Of a stretch of DNA of 32,000 bases, positions 26,740-32,000 are shown piece by piece (position 1 is the first letter of the stretch; each line of letters begins with the position of its first letter). The stretch lies in assembly GCF_000039765.1 (NCBI RefSeq), contig NC_004459.3:2811127-2843126 (forward strand), in the 5' to 3' direction. The DNA is from Vibrio vulnificus CMCP6 (GTDB lineage Bacteria > Pseudomonadota > Gammaproteobacteria > Enterobacterales > Vibrionaceae). Below the pieces are notes generated by a model. That model saw only the letters and a program-made list of their open reading frames with translations, was not told where the DNA came from and ran no database searches. Position numbers and translations under genes: made by a program.

Positions 26740-26955
26740 TCAACGTCTTGAGGTTGAGTTGCGGATTTTGTAGCGATCTTTTCGGTGCGTATTGCGTAAC
26801 TTACGCACCTTCGTTTTTCTCTTAATCGTCAGATATTCACGGTAAATAATCCGAATAAACGCAATTAAGCCAATGATGAGCAGAATGGTAAAAACGCTCA
26901 GGAAGCTTTCACACAGCCAATCTGGCTGACAGGGTAGATAAATTTCAAAATCCAT
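26740..26955 (-). CDS. hypothetical small membrane protein with a highly basic C-terminal tail (71 aa)
   Basis: Strong AGGAGG Shine-Dalgarno sequence 7 nt upstream of the ATG. One TM helix FLSVFTILLIIGLIAFIRII. The tail is KRKTKVRKLRNTHRKDRYKIRNSTSRR. It lies 56 nt downstream of rlmF on the same strand, and a terminator follows. Confidence 0.6.
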   Translation of the reverse strand: MDFEIYLPCQPDWLCESFLSVFTILLIIGLIAFIRIIYREYLTIKRKTKVRKLRNTHRKDRYKIRNSTSRR

Positions 26956-27011
26956 CGCATGCCCTCCTATTACGCAACCTATTCGTTTTTAACTCGGGAT
27001 GATTGTCTCCA

Positions 27012-28106
27012 TCACCCTCGCAGTTTGATCCACTCTCCTCTTTGTTGTTTGTCCATAAATGACCAAGCAACAAAGCGACTGACCTTTTGTCCTTGGCTCA
27101 TTTCGACGACACGAATACTGCGTACACCTAATTTTTCCAACTGTTTACGTAGAGGTCTTACGTTGTCTTTCTTCGAAACGAGCGTACTGAACCACAAAAC
27201 CTGATGGGCAAAACGCTCACTTTCGTTCGCCATGCGCTTCAAGAAGGAGGATTCTCCACCTTGACACCACAACTCAGAATTTTGACCTCCGAAGTTAAGT
27301 ATAGGTTTGTTTTTCGAGATTTTTTGTGAACCAGCTTTTGCTGTTACACCTTTTTTCAAACGGTTGGCGGCGAGGTTGTCTAATTTTCGTTGCGTGCCAA
27401 ACGCCGCTTCCTGTGCCGAAGCGTGAAATGGCGGGTTGCATGTCGTCACATGAAAGTAGTCTGTGGGGCCAATAATGCCTTGGAAAATATGCTGTGACTG
27501 GTCTTGCAATTTGAGCTCAAGCTGCCCCTGCAGCACAGGGTTAGAGTCAGCAATGCGCTGCGCTGACTCAATCGATTTAGGGTCAACGTCACTACCCGTG
27601 TAGCGCCAACGATAGTCACAAATCGCAATAATGGGATAGATGGCGTTTGCACCGACACCGATGTCCAACGCCTGAACTTTCTCATGAGGAAATTTACCTT
27701 TCACCTCTCCTTCCAAGAGCTCCGCTAGACGATGGATATAATCCGCACGCCCGGGGATTGGCGGGCACAAATAGCCTGCTGGGATGTCCCAATTTGCTAC
27801 TTGGTAGTAAGCACTGAGCAGCGCTTTATTGAGCATTTTTACTGCCGTTGAATCTGAAAAAGAAATACTCGCCTCACCTTTAGGATTTTTGATCACAAAA
27901 GGAGCAAGCGATGGCAGCGCCTGCGTTAACTTAGCAAAATCGTAACGCCCTTGATGTTTGTTGCGCGAATGCAGCCCAGCACGCGTCACTTTGACAAAAT
28001 CACAATTCGATTCAGACGCACTGAGATCACGACTCTTTTTCGTGCGCGGTTTTGGGGCTCGTTTCGCAGGCTCTAATGGCTTGGCGGATTTTCGTTTGTT
28101 CGTCAT
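27012..28106 (-). CDS. rlmF: 23S rRNA (adenine1618-N6)-methyltransferase with a basic N-terminal extension
   Basis: GLHSRNKHQGRYDF, PPIPGRADYIHRLAELL, LDIGVGANAIYP, CNPPFH and FGGQNSELWCQGGE match RlmF motifs. The ATG at 28106 overlaps the upstream stop as TAATG. The track start at 28202 lies inside the upstream gene. Confidence 0.9.
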   Translation of the reverse strand: MTNKRKSAKPLEPAKRAPKPRTKKSRDLSASESNCDFVKVTRAGLHSRNKHQGRYDFAKLTQALPSLAPFVIKNPKGEASISFSDSTAVKMLNKALLSAYYQVANWDIPAGYLCPPIPGRADYIHRLAELLEGEVKGKFPHEKVQALDIGVGANAIYPIIAICDYRWRYTGSDVDPKSIESAQRIADSNPVLQGQLELKLQDQSQHIFQGIIGPTDYFHVTTCNPPFHASAQEAAFGTQRKLDNLAANRLKKGVTAKAGSQKISKNKPILNFGGQNSELWCQGGESSFLKRMANESERFAHQVLWFSTLVSKKDNVRPLRKQLEKLGVRSIRVVEMSQGQKVSRFVAWSFMDKQQRGEWIKLRG

Positions 28107-28639
28107 TATTTTTTTGCTTCCTGAGCTTTTAAATCGAGGTAAATCATAAACAGACGAGCATCCAGCTCCAGTTGGTGATAATCCGGCTCCATGTAGCAGC
28201 AAAGAGAGTAAAAGGCTTTATCATGCTCTTTCTCTTTAATGTGCGCCAACTCGTGCACAACCAACATGCGCAGCAAAGGCTCCGGCGCGTCTTTAAACAC
28301 ATTGGCAATGCGAATCTCATTTTTCGATTTGAGTTTACCGCCGTGGTTGCGAGAGACGACACTGTGCAAGCCGAGCGCGTTGTTAATCAGATGAATTTTC
28401 CCGTCGTACACCACTTTACTGATGGGGCCCGTTTTCTTCATAAACTGGTTCTTAATCTGCATCGCGTAGTCAAACAACGCTTTTTCACTGCGAATGTCGT
28501 GACGCACAGGGTAGCGTTTATCAAACCAAGGAATTAAACGTTGCGACTCAATCAATTGGGCCACTTGCTGCACGATATGCTGCGGGTAACCCTGAATGTA
28601 GCGAAGTGACGGATGCATCATGGAATCGGACCTGATCAT
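28106..28639 (-). CDS. YgjP-like (DUF45) HExxH metallohydrolase
   Basis: VVHELAHIKEKEHDKAFYSL fits the DUF45/YgjP motif HELxHxxxxxH. Length is 177 aa. The start is uncertain, since ATG codons also occur at residues 7 and 8. Confidence 0.72.
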   Translation of the reverse strand: MIRSDSMMHPSLRYIQGYPQHIVQQVAQLIESQRLIPWFDKRYPVRHDIRSEKALFDYAMQIKNQFMKKTGPISKVVYDGKIHLINNALGLHSVVSRNHGGKLKSKNEIRIANVFKDAPEPLLRMLVVHELAHIKEKEHDKAFYSLCCYMEPDYHQLELDARLFMIYLDLKAQEAKK

Positions 28640-28752
28640 TTTTCAAAGCGCGCTAGTTTACCTGACTCCGCCCCTTGAATCATCGCTTTTTCTTTTCGTC
28701 CGCAGCGAAATTGGCTACACTTGCGCCCCTTTTCATTACATGGCAAGACAAG

Positions 28753-28983
28753 ATGAAACGTGTCGTCCTCTATATCAAAGACAAATGTCCACATTGCAAA
28801 GATGCGCAGCGCTATCTGGATAGCAAAGGCATTCAATACCGCTTGTGTAATGCCAAGATGCATCGCGGTCGTAAAGAGCTGGACGCGATTGGTGCGCGCT
28901 CTGTGCCTGTACTTAAAATCGGTGACCGTTTGATGATTGGTTGGAACCCAAAGAACTTTGAACGCATGTATGGCGATAAGTGA
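28753..28983 (+). CDS. glutaredoxin-like protein (76 aa, CPHC)
   Basis: MKRVVLYIKDKCPHCKDAQRYLDSKGIQY...VPVLKIGD shows a thioredoxin fold with a CPxC active site and a cis-Pro VP motif. The track start at 28675 adds an unlikely extension. Confidence 0.75.
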   Translation: MKRVVLYIKDKCPHCKDAQRYLDSKGIQYRLCNAKMHRGRKELDAIGARSVPVLKIGDRLMIGWNPKNFERMYGDK

Positions 28984-28989
28984 TTACAG

Positions 28990-29859
28990 CTAAACATACT
29001 GCTTTATAAATTCGATAAAGGTGCGATCCGCCACCGACAGATAGCCGCCACGTCGCCAAGCCAATGCTAGGTTCAGAGTGACGGGCGGAGAAAATGGCAC
29101 GCCGACCACGCCACTCTCATTCTCGGTCACCAATTGAAGCAGCGCAGTAATGGCAAACTCTCGCTTTACGATCTTCAAAATCAATGGCAATAGATTGGTT
29201 TCAAAAGAATACTGCATTTCAATGCCATGCTGCTGGCTAAAGTGATCGAGAAAATCGCGGTGGAAATAACCCGATTTGAACATCACCAGTTCATGTTGAA
29301 AAAACTCTTCAAAAGTGAGGGATGCTCGTTGCGATAACGAATGCTCACTGCCAACTACCGCCATCATCTGGCTAGAGAACAGGTGGTCTATTTCTAAATC
29401 GTCCGGTACGTCGTTTTCCGTGATCACGCCAATGTCCAAATCCCCTTCAAGCAGCATCTTACGAATCGACTGCGTCCCCGCTTCAATCAGTGTCAATTTT
29501 AGATTGGGATAGTGACTTTTAAACGCCATTAAAATTTCTGGAAAGAAGTAGCTGCCCATCATGCTTGGCGCACCAAGGCGCACCTCACCTTTCTCAAGCC
29601 CTTTCAGTTCATTCATCGCCAACTCGGCATCATGCAGTTGCTGCACAACACGTTTGGCATGCTCATACAAGGTTTGCCCTTCCGTTGTCAGTGCGATCTG
29701 TTTGTCATCACGCTTAAATAGCGTCACACCGAGGCTTTGTTCGAGCTTTTTGATTGAGACACTCAAGGCAGGCTGCGCGATATGCAAAGACTGAGCTGCA
29801 CGAGTGAAATTTTTCTCTTCGGCCACCGCCAAAAATTGTTTGAGTTGTTTCGATTCCAT
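28990..29859 (-). CDS. LysR-family transcriptional regulator
   Basis: N-terminal HTH LKQFLAVAEEKNFTRAAQSLHIAQPALSVSIKKLEQSLGVTLF and a LysR substrate-binding domain. It is divergent from an MFS gene. Confidence 0.9.
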   Translation of the reverse strand: MESKQLKQFLAVAEEKNFTRAAQSLHIAQPALSVSIKKLEQSLGVTLFKRDDKQIALTTEGQTLYEHAKRVVQQLHDAELAMNELKGLEKGEVRLGAPSMMGSYFFPEILMAFKSHYPNLKLTLIEAGTQSIRKMLLEGDLDIGVITENDVPDDLEIDHLFSSQMMAVVGSEHSLSQRASLTFEEFFQHELVMFKSGYFHRDFLDHFSQQHGIEMQYSFETNLLPLILKIVKREFAITALLQLVTENESGVVGVPFSPPVTLNLALAWRRGGYLSVADRTFIEFIKQYV

Positions 29860-29866
29860 CTAGATC

Positions 29867-29891
29867 AAAAATATATCGTCATCATATTTTT
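29867..29891. promoter_or_regulatory. palindrome in the LysR/MFS divergent region (candidate LysR binding site)
   Basis: AAAAATAT-ATCGTCATC-ATATTTTT, perfect 8-bp arms with a 9-bp spacer. It starts 8 bp from the LysR start codon. Confidence 0.45.
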
Positions 29892-29953
29892 AATATATTT
29901 TGTTTATCACGACGTGACTGATACTGTGCTCACAAATCAGTAGGAGAATTAAG

Positions 29954-31162
29954 ATGTACGAACTCGGCAGCTCTCAGTATCGCCATATCACCATTGCCTT
30001 AGCACTCGGTTCGTTTTTAGTTTTCTGTAATCTTTACCTCTTTCAACCTATGCTGCCTAAATTGGCGTTGGAATACACGGTATCGGAAACACAGGTAAAC
30101 TGGGTATTTGCCGCCACCACACTGGGTTTATCCCTTAGCCTTGTCCCCATGGCGGTGTTGTCTGAAAAAATTGGCCGACGCACGGTCATGTTGGCGGGTT
30201 TATTCGCCATTCCACTGTGCAGTGCCGCTCTGCTGCTTAACGACTCTTTCTTGTTTATCGTCATTTGCCGAGCGCTCCTTGGGGTGGCGTTGGCGGCCTT
30301 TGCCGCCGTTGCGGTGGCGTACATGGCGGAAGAATTGCACCCCAAAGCGTTTAGCCACGCCATCGGCGGTTACATTGCGGCCAATTCACTCGGCGGCATT
30401 AGCGGACGAATCAGTGGCGGTTTGATGTCCGATTGGTTTGGTACCACGGTCGCAATTGAGGTGATGCTGGTCTTCACGCTACTGGGCGTGATTGCGGTGA
30501 GTTTTTTGCTGCCCAAGCAGAAACATTTCTCCCCCAGCACTCACAGCTTATGGCAACACAATCAGACCATCGTCCAGCACCTGCGCCACACCCGAGTTTG
30601 GTTGGCAATGGTGATCGGCGGGCTCAATTTTGCCCTTTTCGTTAACCTCTATTCAGTGATGGGATTTCGCCTGGTGGCGGAGCCGCATGGCCTACCCGTT
30701 GGCCTCGCTTCATTGATTTTTTTGTGTTACCTCGGCGGTACCATCAGCTCCAAATACACCGGCAAATGGAATCAACATTTTCATCCGGTCAGCGGCATGT
30801 TGCTGGGCGCGGCGATCAGTTTGTTTGGTATGCTAATCACTTCGATTGAACATTTAGCCGCCATGTTTATCGGTTTAGTACTGATTTCCTTCGGCGCTTT
30901 TTTCACGCACACTTTGGCGTATGGATGGGTCGGGCAAAAAGCCACTCATGCAAAAGCAACGGCAACCGCGATGTATCTGGTGCACTACTATGTAGGCGGT
31001 AGCCTTGGCGGATTCTTCTTGCTCTATTGCTGGCAACATTGGCAATGGAATGGTGTGATCATCGCAGCGCTGACTATGTATGTGTTGCTGTTTGCCGTGA
31101 TACTGCAACTGAAAAAACCCAAATACGCGTGCATGGAAGAGGCCTTGGTCAAGCATACTTGA
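29954..31162 (+). CDS. MFS transporter (YnfM-like)
   Basis: 12 predicted TM helices. The MFS loop motif SEKIGRR lies between TM2 and TM3. TAGGAG Shine-Dalgarno sequence 7 nt upstream. Pairing with a LysR regulator is typical of the YnfM family. Confidence 0.85.
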   Translation: MYELGSSQYRHITIALALGSFLVFCNLYLFQPMLPKLALEYTVSETQVNWVFAATTLGLSLSLVPMAVLSEKIGRRTVMLAGLFAIPLCSAALLLNDSFLFIVICRALLGVALAAFAAVAVAYMAEELHPKAFSHAIGGYIAANSLGGISGRISGGLMSDWFGTTVAIEVMLVFTLLGVIAVSFLLPKQKHFSPSTHSLWQHNQTIVQHLRHTRVWLAMVIGGLNFALFVNLYSVMGFRLVAEPHGLPVGLASLIFLCYLGGTISSKYTGKWNQHFHPVSGMLLGAAISLFGMLITSIEHLAAMFIGLVLISFGAFFTHTLAYGWVGQKATHAKATATAMYLVHYYVGGSLGGFFLLYCWQHWQWNGVIIAALTMYVLLFAVILQLKKPKYACMEEALVKHT

Positions 31163-31234
31163 GTCGTCAAAGGGGATAGGATTGAACCCCACGAGTGGTT
31201 ATACTGCCCCCTCAACACGCAATAGAATACGATC

Positions 31235-31795
31235 ATGACTCAAAGCTCAACACAACAAACCATTCATCAAGAAGTGAACCAATGGCTCAACGATGTGGTG
31301 ATTGGTTTAAATCTCTGCCCATTTGCCGCCAAACCGCAGCGCAATCAGCAAATCAAAATCCACGTCAGTGATGCCGATAACGAAGAGTTGTTGCTGCAAG
31401 ATATTCTCAGCTTGCTGATGGAGCTCGATCAAACGGAGCCCAGTAAGTTAGAAACCACGCTGGTTGTTATCCCTAACATGCTCAGTGATTTTTGGGATTA
31501 CAATCTTTTCATCGATTGGGTAGAAGCCTTGATCAGACAACAAGATTGGGAAGGCGTTTTCCAAGTGGCCACCTTCCATCCGGACTACTGTTTTGGTGGC
31601 GCCGAGCCAGAAGACGATGAAAACCTCACCAATCGATCGCCTTATCCGATTTTTCATCTCATTCGGGAAGAAAGCATGGAAAAGGTGCTGCGCCATTACC
31701 CTGATCCTGAATCGATCCCTGACACCAACATTGCTCGTGTTTCAGCGCTCAATGAAGAAGAACGTAAAAAGCTATTCCCTTATCTTTTTCGCTAA
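31235..31795 (+). CDS. conserved hypothetical protein (DUF1415-like)
   Basis: 186-aa soluble protein with NLCPFAAKP near the N-terminus and FHPDYCF. The family name is from memory and unverified. Confidence 0.6.
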   Translation: MTQSSTQQTIHQEVNQWLNDVVIGLNLCPFAAKPQRNQQIKIHVSDADNEELLLQDILSLLMELDQTEPSKLETTLVVIPNMLSDFWDYNLFIDWVEALIRQQDWEGVFQVATFHPDYCFGGAEPEDDENLTNRSPYPIFHLIREESMEKVLRHYPDPESIPDTNIARVSALNEEERKKLFPYLFR

Positions 31796-31943
31796 ACAGC
31801 AAGGGCAAAGAACATCAACCAAATCTGAGGCAGCGGCCATGCACACTGAACCACAAGTGACGCTGCTTCAATTGGCAAGGGGATAGAGCTTACCTCTAGG
31901 CTCTGGTATCATTCGCCCTTACGTAAAACTATTGGAAAAACAC

Positions 31944-32000
31944 ATGCAATTGTCTCAACTTACCCAAGACATTTTTGATCACCTGTACCGTGACATCACT
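31944..32000 (+). CDS. start of an unidentified ORF, cut by window edge
   Basis: The ATG at 31944 opens a frame that stays open to the window end (MQLSQLTQDIFDHLYRDIT). There is no clear Shine-Dalgarno sequence and the fragment is too short to identify. Confidence 0.3.
   Translation, partial: MQLSQLTQDIFDHLYRDIT

Noticed and set aside
28984-28989. Convergent glutaredoxin-like and LysR genes separated by only 6 nt with no terminator
   Set aside because: The observation is real but uninformative on its own. Tight convergent junctions are common, and transcriptional read-through cannot be judged from sequence alone.
31796-31943. 15-codon mini-ORF (MHTEPQVTLLQLARG) with GAGG upstream, and the track ORF 31593..31886
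   Set aside because: The mini-ORF is too short and featureless to support. The 97-aa track ORF overlaps the DUF1415-like gene out of frame.

Overview
This looks like a chromosomal region of a Vibrio-like gammaproteobacterium. That assignment is inferred from the protein sequences only; no database search was run. Most of the window is recognisable housekeeping or accessory metabolism.

Gene order, left to right:
- the 3' part of an MCP and an HD-GYP protein;
- a ugpB-ugpA-ugpE-ugpC glycerol-3-phosphate ABC transporter, with a DeoR/GlpR regulator sitting between ugpC and ugpQ;
- katG, a DUF486/DMT membrane protein and a CspA-family gene with a long AT-rich leader;
- a membrane GGDEF cyclase and two tandem tRNA-Val(GAC) genes;
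- at the window centre, a patch of poorly characterised genes: an orphan SBP-like protein, a membrane-anchored DUF2726 nuclease-like/zinc-ribbon protein, a 59-aa Cys/His-rich ORF absent from the ORF track, and a second orphan SBP;
- the tyrosine-catabolic (homogentisate) operon hppD-hmgA-fahA-maiA;
- an M20 peptidase, a CpdB/UshA-family nucleotidase, metA preceded by MetJ boxes, and pilW;
- a ygjP-like/rlmF/small-membrane-protein operon and a glutaredoxin-like gene;
- a divergent LysR/YnfM-type MFS pair, a DUF1415-like gene and the first 19 codons of another ORF.

I saw no CRISPR array, transposase, integrase, phage gene or known defence hallmark. The most plausible place for something undescribed is the 14.2-17.0 kb cluster, namely the DUF2726-zinc ribbon protein, the hidden small ORF and its operator-like inverted repeat. 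The evidence there is architecture and context only, and I cannot show that it forms a system.

Several regulatory sites were read directly from the sequence and are reported as hypotheses. These are MetJ, TyrR-like and Pho-like boxes, perfect palindromes, and a candidate antisense leaderless small gene in the csp leader.
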